A stretch of 64,000 nt of DNA from Lingula anatina (lineage: Eukaryota > Animalia > Brachiopoda), in assembly GCA_051362555.1 (NCBI GenBank), contig CM120645.1, positions 24,208,934 through 24,272,933 on the forward strand. The letters run 5' to 3'. Numbering within the stretch: position 1 is the stretch's first letter; every line of letters starts with the position of its first letter. Below the pieces are notes generated by a model. It had not been told where the DNA came from, ran no database searches, and saw only the letters and a program-made list of their open reading frames with translations. Position numbers and translations under genes: made by a program. This document shows, one piece after another, positions 24,879 through 39,800 of the stretch.

Positions 24879-26933
24879 TTAATCCAGTGATGGTGTTTTT
24901 AGCTTACAGAATTGTCTTTAATTCCTGTTATAGTATTAGATGTGTATGAAAATGAAGGCAAGCATTTGGTAAATTAACATTTGAAATTTGACTTTCACTA
25001 TAGTCTGTATTTTTGATGTTTCCTTCTTTTTGTTTGTCTTTTTATTATTTGTAATTTTCTGTTATTTTTCTTGTCTATCAGTGTGAGGTGTGTTATCCAA
25101 TCATTGAAATTGGTGCTTTTGAAAATTTGTTTCAATTATTTATTACACTTGGGCTATTTTGATTGTTTACTTTCTATTTCCTTAGAAGTAATTTACAGAT
25201 TTAGCCAACATTTTGGTATTTTCGTCTTACAACATCTACCAGAAGACCTTTGATTAGATAGCAAAATCTGGCTAATTATCAGATAATTTCCATTTGTTTC
25301 CTATAGCAACATATCAGAGAGAGAGAGAGAGAGAGACCGCAGGATGTTTTTGGTTGCTCTCTCTGCCTGGCTGTTTATACACTGAGTTAACATGGTGAGT
25401 TTCATTAAGACTACAAGGCTCAGTGAAAAATTACTTTTTCAATATGTTTGAGTTTTTTCTTGCATTTTGATTGATACAAAGGTGCAAAAAATCTTGAATT
25501 TCTGCAACAAAACTACAGACTTTCACTATTTTAATAGTATTAAGTCATTACCATATTTTAACATTTGACACTTTTTTCATTTTCTTTGAGACTGTCAAAA
25601 ACTTTCACTGATTTGCTGTTATTATTCACTTCCTTAAAATTACTTTGTATATTTGTGCCTCATCTCTACTCCAAGTCTTCTTAACACAAAAATTATCTTC
25701 ACAAATTGAAAATCCTCCACTACATGTAACAGCTGTCGTGAAAACAACATCTAGCTTCATAAGACGAGACCATCGACTGCTTCAATAACAAACCAAAATT
25801 TCTCCGCCACTGTCCATGTTATTGGCCAGGGGGGGTCCACTGGTCAGTCTCATCCATCTTCAAAGAAAACTGGACATTAAGTCTTTCATTTTCCTCAAGC
25901 CGCTGTCAGAATATCTGCCGCCTCTGCGTAAACACGGAGTTTTTACAGGTAATTGTATTATGAGATTTCAATTAATCTCGGCTCTGTTGGACGCATGCTT
26001 GACCAAGGCTGGACCGTCCATTCAGGTGAGCTGAATGAATAAGAAACGACAGCTTCAGTACAAAACGCTAATTGAATGGGAGATACGATACTCTGGGCAA
26101 CATGTCTTCTTGTCTTCGCTCTCAGTTGATGCTCAAAATAAAAGTTGACTAAGTTCAGGTCCTGAGAGAGATGATTACTGCTTTCATCCCATGGGATATG
26201 TATTGGTATTTTTCTTTTTATTTTATTTTATTTCTTTTTTTTTTCGGTATTAGAGCATTCAAACACTCTAAATTATAATTTTGTAAAGATAATTTAATTG
26301 GTGAAGTGATGATTTTAAATGTCATGAGAAAAAGTACTCTAAAAATTGTTTTTCATTTTTCTCATGATAAATTAAAAAGCCAGATTATTCTCTTTGAAAA
26401 AATTGTCATTTTGCTCATCATCAATTCTAAATGTGGAGTATGCAAATCCCAAGTGTAAATAATCTTCATTGATAAAGATGTATCAGTGCATTTTGGGAGA
26501 ACAAAATCTTGTGTGAGATAATTTTAGAAATTAGCCATAATCACCAATATCTACTATCAGATTGTATTAGTATTTTTTCTATGAGAAGATATCTAATGAA
26601 TACTTTCAGTAATCAGCAAGGGTCATCCGCGTCCAGTGCTTTGACCATTTAAGCTCATAACTGACCAGAGGCAGAAGCAGACGTCAAATAAACAAATCAT
26701 TGAAGCAGACGTCAAATAAATACATCACCTGACAAGACAGCACCAACAGATGTCAGCTGTGTTGTAGAAAGAGTGGACCCCACAGCAATGGGGCTCAAGT
26801 TGCAAGGCGTTTTAATTGTGGAAAATTTAATTTATGGCCTGGATTACACCACAGTACATTGCACATCGCCTGTAGTGGAGAGCAGGAGGGCAATTTACCT
26901 GGTGTTACTTGGGTGCATCTTTTACAGGAATAT

Positions 26934-26969
<36 letters not shown>

Positions 26970-29900
26970 ACACACACACGTCACAGATTTTATTAATTTT
27001 AATTTCTTTTATCTTTTTTGAAATATGTTTTGGATTTAGATTCGTCTTATTTTAAAGAAGTTATTTGACTTAACTTTCTGTCTAATATTTATATTATTAT
27101 TATTTACTTTTTTGGGGGGGAGGGGGTTTATTTTCAGTCACTTATATATTTTTTTTCTTTTCAGACAGTGGTTAATGAAATAACAGTAGGACTAACACAC
27201 TTCATGTAAAGAGTAATAGAACAAGAAAAGAAAGAAAATTGTTTCAGCCTCGGTGCCTCAAGCTACTGCCAAAAACAGCACTAAGCAACCGTTTCAAAAA
27301 CAAAAAATCTCATAATGTGATTGAAGCCAAAGGCAGCATCATTCTGCCTTTATTGCCTTTTATAAAGAAAAAATATCTTGCCACAGAGAAGTGCAATCTA
27401 CAATTTTTCTTTCTGTCCTAAACAATTTCCTCGTACTTGCCAACTGCTTCTTTTTTGAGACCCACGTTCAGATAATATAGTCCTCGAAATACATCTTTTA
27501 AGGCCAGTTTTCTCCGTACTTGTCTGATGCATTTAATAAAATTAACTTAAGAGAAAAGTATTGGTTTGATTATTTTATTCATAAGGGAACATGTCTTTTG
27601 ATATGATGAACACTATTGACAGTGTCTAGCTAAAATGAAAATAGGAAGATTAAAATGCAGTTCTTTTTAATTAAAAAAAGAGTAATTTTTTAAATGTGTA
27701 TGAAAGTCTCAATTATACATTGTATAGCAATCAATCAGCTGATGTACATAAGAAAAAGAATATTTAAGATTCAAAAGATTCACCAGGGTGCTATTTTTTA
27801 TTTTAGAAATGAGCCAATCTTTGCCAAGGAAAAGAATACACCATACACTCCTAATGTACATTTGCATTGAAGACAATAGTTCCTGATCTTTCATCTTATC
27901 ATAAAAAATATAATCATTGTAAAAACATATGTAAACAAGACAAGACAAGAAAATACCAAGGTCCCGCCCATTCAACAAACCATACAGTATATTTACAATT
28001 TTATCACAAATATCAAATGTCCTAACAGGTCTGTCTAAAGAGTATAGCTGATAAGGTAATGGCAGAATAGTCTTATCTTCACGTTGGGGAGGGATTTTTG
28101 TATGATAATTTAATTGACTTCTAATGATAAGGGGAGATTACAAGAAGATGCTGACCATCCCCTGGGGGTAAGGAAGGGAGGGTGTGTCCAGAGACAGAAA
28201 AGAAGGGCGGGCATGTCTACAGGGAGAGAAAAGGGGTGTAAACGGTACGTAAGAGGTATTCCACTTGACATCCATCTGTCAGCGCAGTAGAATTCAAAGT
28301 TGACGTCTCTTCCTGTCAAGTGTCACAGTGAGGAATTTTAATATATCGGACCTTTATTGTGAAGATGCCATTTTCCCTGTCCAAATTGCTCTATTGTTGA
28401 ACCAATTACATCACCCCCTCTATTCCCCCTTTTCATGTCTTAAGTAGTTCAAGGCCTGTAATTGAGACATATCCTCCCCCCCCCCCCCCCGACCCTCCCT
28501 TTAAAACCCTTCTTAATTTTTTTTCTGCTGGATATTGGCATCAGAAGATATTGTGCAAAAAGTTGTACACATATGACACTGTTGATTAAAAGTGGCTTGG
28601 CTGCATTGCTTCATGCAGAGAGTTTCTTTAAACCAAAGATTAATCAGCAGGCTAGTGTGTCCACCTAGGAAATGATGTTTCTCTCCAGAGAGCGTGTTCT
28701 GTCATTACACCAGAAAATAACAGGCTATCAACAGAGGCTGGTGACATATGAGATATGAATTGCATTAATAGGATGCTCTTAAGTATAGCTTCCTGACATT
28801 TGAGCCACTGATTTCTGTAGAGAATTGGATGGAAAGTTAGAAATCACAATGGAATTCTTGATTTGTGCCCAACATTATTTGCCATTAAATGGTTGATCAT
28901 CTTTTATTGTTGTTTACTTTAATGTCACAGATTTAGATTGATTGCCAGGATTTTTATGTGAATGATTTACAAAAATTGTAGATTTTTTGCTCATATTGAT
29001 GAAGTGCTGAATTTATTACAAATTTATTTCTAATATGATAATTATGGAATTAAGTCACAGCCAAAATATGCACTATGAACTGTAAATTTTGTATTTTCGT
29101 ATTTTTCCCACGCCTTAACAAGTAAAAAATCATTAGTCACACAAGTAGACAACAATAGTTTTAATAACTTCAAAGAAATATTTCCTCAATATAGGCAATA
29201 ATGTGAATGTTCACTCTTTTCTTTCCCACTCTGTTTCAACAAAAGTATAAACAACTAGGTATTGTTTAGTTGGTTACGGCGGGGTAACTTGTGATGTTGG
29301 TTCCCACGTCTGCGGCAGAGCTGGAGGGGTTCTCTGTCTTAGGGTGGCAGAGAAGGGTGGGGCAGGGGACAATAAATCCCATTTCTGATGTCACCGTTTG
29401 GTGACAATATTTAACTTTGATGTCCCAAAGAGCTGTGTGTTTGTGTGTGTGTGTGTGATATTGTTCACTTTAGCAGCAAAATATCCTAGCACTGTGTGTT
29501 TGAAATGTGATCTTTTAAGACTTTTAAAACTTGTGGAATATTGTTGTAGAGAATCTGGACATTTTTTTCCCTTGGATTTTTCTTTCTAACTACTTTATCT
29601 TTAACAAGTATTTGATGTTTTGACATGTTAATAAAATTTGTAAATCTTTTTCACTGCCTTTTAATGTAAAGTGTATATGAGTTTTTCCTTCTTTTAGAAA
29701 AAATGTCATGTTTTCATATATTAATGATCATAATTGGAGAGCTCCCTACCAGACCAAATTTTTTAATTGCATTAAAAAAAATTTTGAAACATTTCATCAG
29801 CGTTGATCTCAGTGATAAATTAAAATTGTAGAATTTGTAGGGTTTTTGAGTGTTATTTTTTATTTGGAAATTCAAAGTCAAATCACAATCAGTCTTCATT

Positions 29901-32900
29901 TAAGTTGGTTGTAAACTAACACGTAAGTTTCACAAATTTTTGCTTGCATACAAATAACAATCTTTAGACTTTGTTTATACCACGTACGCTGATGATTTTT
30001 TTCCTGTATATTTTCATGCTGGCGAGGTTCATGTAGCTCACCAAACAAAGTGTTCAACAGTCCCATGTTTTGTCATTTGATACAAGCTTGGTTCTCACTT
30101 GACTGGTTTTCATTGGCAGGGTACTGTGTCACAGTTTAGATAAATAATAACTTAATTTACTGTAAAAATGTGTTCATCAACTTCTAAGTATTCAAGTCAA
30201 GCTTCGCCTCTCTTCTCGAATATTCCACAATTGTTCAAGGGCTATGCTCTCCTCTGTTTTCTCAGAGTTTTTTTGATATGGTGATTTGTTTGGATGAAAC
30301 TTTTTGCATTTATAGACCTGGCAGAAAAAGACATGTAAAACAGTCGCTTGAACAAACAAATCAGTCTAAGTTTTCACCTCTTTATGGGCTGAAAAGATGT
30401 TTTTATAAATTTTTTGTGTGGATAATTTGCAATGCAGTCAAGTTTTTGAGCACCAGTGTTTTTAAATATACTGGAGCATGCACACTGATAACAATTTCTG
30501 TTTTGTTTATTTTCTTTTTGTTTCCATCATCTTATTGTTAGAAAGCATCAGTATTGAGAAGAACATATTATTCCAAGTCATAATTCTCAGGAAATAGTTC
30601 TGATACTCAGAAAAGGGTGCCTTATACACCTGAGACTGGCTTTGTACTCACAGGACTATTGTTAAGATTGGCACATTTCATTTATTTTTCTTGAAATTTT
30701 AAGGGGGCTGGTTTTGTGTGAAAGAAAGATGTAGGTTATATGTGGTGGTCATTGTGCATGGTCAGACCTGCACATTTCTTAGGTTTCATGTTTGGGAATA
30801 TTATTACTTTACACACACTTTTAAGACCTCTGACAAAAGCTAATTTCTGATATATATGCTAGCTGAATAAATTATTATTATATAAGTGCTGGTTACTGAG
30901 AAAAAGAGACGGGTGTCAAATTTGTGATCCATCATGATTTTAACTTTTTGAGGATCACAATTATTTTGTCAAAGGTTGTATCTGTCACATTTAATTTTCC
31001 AACAGACTAGAAGTGCTAACTTATCCAAGTGTTAACTGTCCATTACAGCATTCCCCAACAAATCTACTGCTGTCTATATACAGTTACGGGATAGACAGAC
31101 GGACAGACAGACAGACAGACCTCATCTATGAGTCGCTAACAACTCACCTGTCATGATAAATAGGAACTTTTGTTGACACCTGTCATTTACCTGTGTTCAA
31201 CAATTGTTTGTTTGTTTGTTCATTATTGTCCCTAATTATCCTCTCATGTCAACTCGGCTGACAAGTGATACTCTGTTTTGGCATTTAATATTGATGTCTG
31301 TTTGTAATGTATTCATCTTTTATGTACATTTTTACTTTGTCTTTTATAGACAGTATGTAAATAGATGTTGAAGGAGATGCCGAGGAATTTGCTATTTGTT
31401 AACAGTCATCTGAATGTTTTAGTTCTATATTTTTACAATTGTAAAAATATGCAAAACTCTTTATGGCTTATTCCCATTGAAGCTATCGGTCTCTGCAGAC
31501 CAATCCAACTCCACTGGGACACTCGTTGAATGCAATCAGTTTAACAAATTAACACGCCTACCCTTGTTTCAAATGTACTCATATAATCACAAGCTTTTCT
31601 GTATTTTACTCAATGTCAGGAGTTGGTAAACAGAATGACACCTCACACTTCAAATGTTATATTCAGTGGTTTGCTTAGATTTTTTTAACTTATATCTTTT
31701 AATGGCATAGATGAAGTGAAAAAATAAAACTTTATATGGAGTGTTCATGGTGGAGAGAGAAAGAGACAGATTCACCAAGCCTGGTGGTCAACTTGGTACA
31801 GTCCAGGTAAAAAAGTGCATACCCATTTTCTAGATGACGCCCAGAGTGTACTATTTACCTAGATAAGTACCTGTGTAAGAGGGGAACTCCTTCAGTTTAC
31901 CAACAAATTACAGCAGAGATGCCATCTTGGTCAATAAAGATAATTGAAATGCCCTCACTAGCATGAGCCAAATTGTTGACGGTACTCGTTTTTGTCATGC
32001 TACCATTTAAGTGTTCCAAGCTGAAAAAATAACTAGGCATTGTTTTAAGAGGTATGTTTTAGATGAGATTGGAGAGATTTTTTGGGCTGACATCCATCAT
32101 GGAATAAAGTACATCTTAATTTTATTTAAAAGATTTTTCTCTCACGTGGTTCACTTGGTTCTCTTGATTGTTTCTATGATATTGTTATTATAACATTTCA
32201 GCAATTCTTTCTCGTTTCCATTATTTTGCTGGTATAGCTCAATTCTGGATACCATAGTTAAATTATATGGAAAATATCATATGTGCTATGAAATATTATT
32301 AATAATAATATAATAATATAGTAACCAGGTCACTTTTAAAAATGGATATTATTAATTTAATTATTGTAGAACTTAAATGGATATTATTAATTAAATTATT
32401 GTAGAACTTTAAATGTGGTCAGGAAATATCCAAAGTTTTATCAGCTATATTTTGAATTTTAAGTCATAGGATTTTGATCTAATATTAAATTTATGGATTC
32501 AAACAAAATGATAAAAATCAGATTTTAACATGGACGACAGGCCTGCTTAGTCTTACATGTCACAAATGTCCATGGAGCTCTCAGAGCAGAGATGTTTGAA
32601 ATCTGTTATATACTGAACACTATCTCACCATCCAGTTGCATATTATATACACAGCCTTTTTTTATCAGAGTCAATTAATTAACTGCCTTGTTAAACAAGA
32701 AAAGATTATCAAAGAATCAACACATATAGGGTGTGAGAAGAGCAGATTATCTCCTGGTCCAGTGTGAAGTTGGTTTTATATCAATTTTTCATTAAATTCA
32801 CTGTGCTGAGATTCTATAGAGACTATTATCTTAACCACTTGTTCTGAGATGGGCACTTTCCCACCATTATCAAGATAAAAAGTACGATTATCTGAATATG

Positions 32901-33708
32901 ACTATTTATGAGAGAAACTGTCTATTGTTTTACTACCTTTTCCATTGTATTTTTTTTTTTTTTTTTTTGGAGGGGGGTAAAAAAGTCGGAAGGGAAAGAA
33001 ATATGTGCAAATATTCAAATACCTTGTAGGTGTATTTCAAGACTTTGTTTTATTTTAGTGGTGCATTGAGAAAAGGTTGTGCCTTAATTGCCAGTAGAAT
33101 GTTGAGAAGGGGGGGGGGGAGTTGATGGGGGAATAGATATCAGCAACACATACTTAATATGCTTAAAGAAGAAAAGTATTAGTGTGGTTGAATTAATTTG
33201 ATTCAACAGAGGTTCACTTTCATGATAAGATGTTGAGAAGATTATAGTGCAGAAATTTATTATCCCAATGGTACGATGATTTCATGATCCTTCATGGCAG
33301 ATAAGTCGACTAATTTGGGGTTTTAATTCACGGTGTGAGAACAGTGGAATTTTATCAGAATTAAGTGTACAGTTATCTTGATATTTACAAGTTTTTATTT
33401 GCATAATTAGGGGGGATTGTTTCTTTTTCGTCATTATGGCTTGAAATATCGCATGTTTTTCGTGCAGAATTTGGGCTCTTATATAAGATATATGACACAA
33501 TGGGACAGTGCCACCGGAAAGCTGGCGGTGAATAATTCATTTTGACATGAAAACTTATCAGTGGTGTTCTTTTATTTCAATCTTAAGGAGAAAAATGTTT
33601 TACGCAATTAAGCTGTCATTGAAGTACATTTTGAAAATTGTATCTTTTCAGTCAGCATTCCAGTCCCAAAAAATATGGAGGAGATAAATGTTTTGAAATC
33701 ATCATTCT

Positions 33709-33868
33709 CAGGGGCGGATTTAGGCCGTCTTCTGGGTCTTCTGGAAGACGGTCAGATTTTCAAGTTTACATTGACGGGTATCTAATTTTTTTCTGTTGGA
33801 AGACGGTCAAAAATGGAGGACAGATTAATAAAGATAATTTGGAAGACTGTCAGAATATATCTCTGGAT
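33709..33868 (-). mobile_element. Truncated copy 2 of the same CAGGGGCGGAT MITE, opposite orientation
   Basis: Carries the other terminus (CAGGGGCGGATTTAGG) and shares GGAAGACGGTCA repeats and the body with 24111-24252. Confidence 0.7.
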
Positions 33869-36800
33869 ATCTTTTCCATTGGAGGGGGGTAAAAATGAAA
33901 GGCCCTGATTCTCCTGGCCTGATTATTCTTCTGCTGAAGAAATCTTTGCCAGTAGTTTTCTGAAGTAAATATGTTCCAATAAAACAAGTACATGTACTTT
34001 TGAGAAATACTTTTCTTTACTGAATCAGAACAACTTGTTGATATTTGTACACACGTCAACCCAACTGCTTAAAAGACAGATGATTATCAGATTTTGTGTG
34101 AGCATAGCACAGGAGTCAATTGTGAGAAATACTTTTAAAAAGAAAAGAACAAAAAACAGAATATAGTATATTTTAACAAAATAGCTTAAATAATATAATT
34201 ATTATTTCATTTTCTGCAGGAAGATAAAAACTACCATCAAGGATCAGTAATGATAAAAGATATATGTCCATAACCTAATTTTTTTCTTAAAGTGTGTTAT
34301 AGTACACAACGACAATAGATTGCTGTCATGTGCAATTACCTCCTATCAGTTTTATTAGATTATTCAGTGCTGAGCACATCAAGTTGTCATCTTATGCAAA
34401 TCTGTACTCATATCTGTACCCTAGGGTTGCAAGGTCTTCCTAATCAAGAGTCATTTATCGCTGCTTTGTCTTGTTCATCTGTAATAGTTTTGATCAAGAT
34501 ATGGTTGTAGGTGAGACTTACTGTGAAAAAGATGACTATGGATAATCTATTCAAATGTTTTCCTCAAAGTCTTTTCTATAATTTCATATTGTCATTGAAA
34601 TCCAGTGCATTATCTTTAACCTGTACTGTATTAACTCTCAGAAGCACTGCATTATCACTCAGATATCAGTATTATCACAAAAACTATTCTCATTCAGATA
34701 TTGTTTTATCTCGTGAAGTATTCTGTATTATCTCTGAGGGGTATGTTATGGGTGAGAGCTGAGAGGATGTTACACCGTGTTATCTTGACTTACGTAGGTC
34801 TTCAGCTCCCGGCAGACAAGTCCCGGCAGACAGGTCCCAGGTCCCGGCAGACAGGTCCCGGCAGATGGACAGTATCAGTAGCAATGGTAATAAGTATTGT
34901 CTGTTGTCTGTAGAAGGACAAGAAGTTACATCTATAAAACAGACCTTTCATTACTCCACGAAACCCCCCAGACCCCCCCATGATGTGCTGTCCTACCTAA
35001 AAAAATTAATGGAATGAATTTTTTTTTTTAATAAAAATGTCTCAAGCTGTTATATAAACAATTCTACCATTAAAATCAAAATTCCACTCTTTCTCTTTAT
35101 CAGAAGAAGTTTTAACATCAACCCAAAAAAAAATCAAGATGTAGATATTTTCCATCACATGCTGAAGTATTTGGGTTCCAAGTGTGAAGGTATGGGAAAT
35201 TACAGCTTTAACATTACTAACAATGAACCGAAAGAATCTTATAACACCATTATTACTGTAAATCTTTTCCAAGAGTTAGCCATTTATATATAGCATATTT
35301 TATCCATGATTTTATGAAAACTATGTATGTTGAATGAAATATTTCAAAAAAACTAGGTATTTCAGGGCCAGTCATCTTGTGTTACATGGTACCAGCCTGT
35401 CTCAGTACCTTTATAAAATGCTGTGTAAATAAGTAGTAATAAAAGACATCCTTTTAATACAGCTAATAATACACCCACAGGGGGAGGCATTTGCATACAC
35501 AATTTTGTAAAAAATAGAAGACAGTAGCTTTATTAATATTAATGTAATTTTTTTTTTTTTTTTTTTGGGGGGGGGGGGATCTTTGGCCCATCATTTCCTG
35601 ATGCAGTGTATGGGCCAGCCTATCTCCACAGCTATCATATCATATCAATGAAGATAACAGCTATCTTCACCACTTCCCAAGTACTACACCAGACTAATAC
35701 ACACATTCTGTACAGCATAGATAGAGACAGAACTTCTCTGAATTGAGATGGTAATTTCCCCGACTCAAACACTTCAGTAAAACAATAGAGACCGTGACTT
35801 TTTGAATGGACTTGGTATTGTCTTGCCTCCCACACTGCCACCAGACACAGTGGTATCAGGGCCTCATCAGCAGACACTGGGGAAGGTCCACTATTAGTGT
35901 CCTCTGGCTATATAGGGTCCATGTTTTGAGGAAGAGTTGATCTTAACTGTTTCTGTAGATTATGATATCTTGATCAGTCTACGAGCAACAGGAGGATGTC
36001 CAAGATGATGATCTCTGATGATAATAAGACTGATTAAAATCTCCTCCTCCAAGACTGCCCAAAACAAAGGAAATGACCAGAACAGGTAATGCACCTGGTC
36101 ATTTTTCAATTGTCTGGTCACTTGTGTCTCTGCTGGTCAGCTTTTATCACTATTAAGTCCAGTATATCACTATAGCCACTGCGGCCAGTCTCAATTTCAT
36201 CCCCCCAGGATAAACACCTTGCTGGACACAGAGCTATCTGATTGACCGCCATTCATTAGCATTGTGCAGAGTCTGACCAAGCAATTAAGTGGCCATTGTC
36301 CAATTAAGGATCAGTAATGATCCTCCCTGTGTCTGTTAATGTAGCAGTCTGCTGTCTCCCCCCCTGGGGCCCACAGACCAGGTGGAGATGCCCCCCTCTC
36401 CCTGGTAACCTACCCCCATTGTCCTGATCATTAACACCAATTATACCAGTTAAAGACAAAGCTAATGGAACTGTCTGAGGGAGATATTGAATGGTGATGA
36501 TGATGATGTTAGTAAGACGGACAGGAGATCTAGAGATCTAACCTGTCTGCCTGCATATCCTTATACTTTTTGTTGTCCATATACCTTTATCTAAAGAAGA
36601 CTGTTGTCAGTGATCTCATATCTGATCACCAACGTTCAAATGATACAATTAGACTGACCAAAGACAAAGCCTATAGACGGCTGCACATCCCAGTAAAAAC
36701 TTCTTGGGAACTTTATTTGCATTTAATTGATGTTGTCTGTTGTAGATGATCTAATATCAGTTCATCTGCTCCTGGTTTTTACAATTATTCTTTGTAAGAG

Positions 36801-39800
36801 TCATAGCTAAGAGACTTCCCTCATTTGAGGATCACACATCCTGAATTTCTACAAGACTTTATTAGACGACTCGATTTGCATTTGGCTAAGATAGTGTATT
36901 GTTAATGATCTAATATCTGATCAACAGTTTACTGAGTGGATGGAAAACAATAGGGAAGTTAGATATCAGGGGAAATGACATTATCAGTGGGATTAAACTG
37001 TTGCCTTCCTGAAGAACTTCCTCAGGGGGCTGATAAGTCTGTTATATTGGTTTGATTATCTGAAGTTATCTTGTTACTGACTTAAAATTATTTATTTTAT
37101 ATTACTGTTGAAACTGCAATGGAGTACAATTATTAATTTTTAATTTGATTTCTGTATGACAAAAAAGCAGAGTAGGAAAAAACAAATATACAGTGGTAAA
37201 ATAAAAAAATATACTATTTATTGTAAGAATTTGCTGTTCGATTATGAGAGAAGAAGTTGTTAAAAGCAATTTTCAACCATTATATAAAAGATATTCACAC
37301 TGTAGAAATAATGCTAGGAAGTTTTTTCCTTCTTCAGAATTGTAAAATTTAAAGTGCCCTCTCTCTTAAGTGTAGCCATCTCTGTCACAGGTGCAATGAT
37401 ATTAAGTTGCTTTATCCACACCATCATCTATGTTTAAATTTTTGATTAAGTTGTTATTCCTTGATTCAAGTTTTGGACTATTAATGTTTAGCCAATTTTC
37501 ATGCAGTCATTTGAATAGTAATTTGAATCATTTTTAAGAGAGTTAGAAATGAGACAGATAAGTGCTGATCATGTACATTATTACCTAAACAATCCAGAAA
37601 AATGAGATTAAATACATTTACCAACTCAGTTAATATTTTAAAACATAATTCATTTTCTAAAGAGAAATGATTGAAATAATACTTTCAGACATCCAGCTGC
37701 AGTCTTTGTGAGCCATAACTCATATTTTCCAGAGAGAAGTGAGAAGAAACAAGTGAAGACAGTCAGCTGTGGTGATTTCAAAAGATAACGCCCTTCTCTA
37801 CCACAAAAAATGGGATTCAATATAATTTCAGGCATTTTGCTGCTGCTGTGCAGCCGGGGAAGCTGCAGACTTCCTCTCTCCATTTTGAAAAGAAAAAAAA
37901 GGGGGGATAGATCTAGTGATAAAGACATCAACATGATTTCTCACTTTCTTACATGCAAATGGCAAATGACAGCTCTGACGGTCTGTGGAAGAATCCTCAG
38001 GTTCTGTGTCCTATGTGTGCAGTAGTCGCGATAGGAATCTAATTTGAAATTCTAATGGCAGATGAAGTTTCTGATTAAACCAAAATTGATGAAACTAAGT
38101 GTCTGTTGATTATCTTTGTTTGTTGTCATCTTTGCTGTCAGAAATATCACAATTCGGGTGCAAAACACTTTGGTGTGATTAATGTCTCTGAAATTTGTCA
38201 TCTTTTTGAAATCATATGTGATGTGGTGGGTTAAAAACTTTGAAAATACATTTTTTATTTTAGAAACTTTTTGAAGAAGCATAGGCTCCATACTTATGAT
38301 ATGGTATAGCAGTTTTATAGTATTGATATTAGATAGACCTTTGCTGTTATAGTTTTCACTTAATAATTACTTTAAAACAACACAGATATGTTTTAAATGG
38401 TAAAATCTGAATACTCAGATGACTAGATTTGCTGTCAAGTTTACCCCAACCCCTAGAAGATGATTTTTTAAAGATGTGAGTTGTGGCGTAATAGATTTGA
38501 TATTATCTATATCTTCAATGGCAGATTTGTTCTAAATGCACTTGCTAGGACCAGGTGATCCACCAAGAGAGCTACTGAGTGGGGCACCATGTGCTCCTGT
38601 TACATAAGGAGTTGCCTCCATAATAACTCACTGTCACCTGCTTTTTTATTTTTCAGAAAAAAGTGAAAGATCAGTCAGCCATCTTTGAAATCATGAATAT
38701 TTTTACTGTATGAAATAAAGATGCAAAGAGGTATTTGTTCTAATTTTGAATATGAAATAGACGTGAAATTTTTAGCATGATTTTATGTTCTCATTCTAGG
38801 AAAAATGCATGTTGTACATTTTGAAATGAAAAACTAAGACAACTGAGAATAATTTCTATTTTCAAAAGAAGTATTTTTTTCAATAATAGTTGATAGTATA
38901 TAAGTTTGAGACAGAGACAGTGTGTTTTTCATTGTATAATTTGATGAAATTTGATGAAATTATGAGAACGTAGGCAGAACAGAGACAGAAGTTTACTGAA
39001 ATGCTGAATGAAAATTGCAAGGAAATGAAGACTGCTTCTACAAAACAGAGACAACCCACAAAGATTTAAAACAGAGGCAATCTAACTTAACATGGTCGTA
39101 CTGAGAGCAAATGGCTGCAGACAGTTTTATGAGCAATTTTGATTTTCCATGGCGTCATATTTGCTCAGGTAGGCCGGGTAGCTCCCTCGTATTCCTATGG
39201 CCTTTAGCCCTGGCTGTACATCATTAGCCACCGTTATCAGCCTTTAGATCAGAGGCAGATCCCTTATTTTTGTACACCCCAGCTGCCTCCTGTCGCCCAA
39301 AATCAAAATTATTATATACTTTTCATGTTCTGACTGCTCCTCTCTGTTGGGGACTGTTTGGAAGTGCAGCTTTTCTTGGTTTTAGCTTCTGTGTTTTCCT
39401 GGAATCCTGCTCTCTTCATTGACTTCTGTTTTTGGTTTGTTTTTAGTTTCTTACTAGATCAGAAAAGCAATCTTAGAAAAGAATAGTACACAACATCAAA
39501 AAGGGAAGTAGTTTTAAACTGGGCAAAATAAAAGGCTAACACATTCAAGTGTTCTTCTAAAAGTAGCATTGACAATTTACAAATATGAAAACATTGATGG
39601 AGAATATTTTTATTTAGATATGTTTAGGGACAGGTGCTCTTGATATTAATCTAACAGAACTTCTCATGTGAGCTTCCATAAATGGTAAAGTTGAAATAAG
39701 AAAAAAATTATCTGAAAAGTGGTGCATTTGAAAAAAGAAAAAAAAAAAAGAAATACATTACACAGTGTGTTGGGAGGGTGTGATGGGGTTGTCTTGTAGA

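Noticed and set aside
34810-34866. Short GTCCCGGCAGACAG tandem repeats (likewise the 34-bp duplication at ~32340-32410 and ~60-bp repeats at 10868-11010)
   Set aside because: Ordinary local slippage duplications with no further structure.
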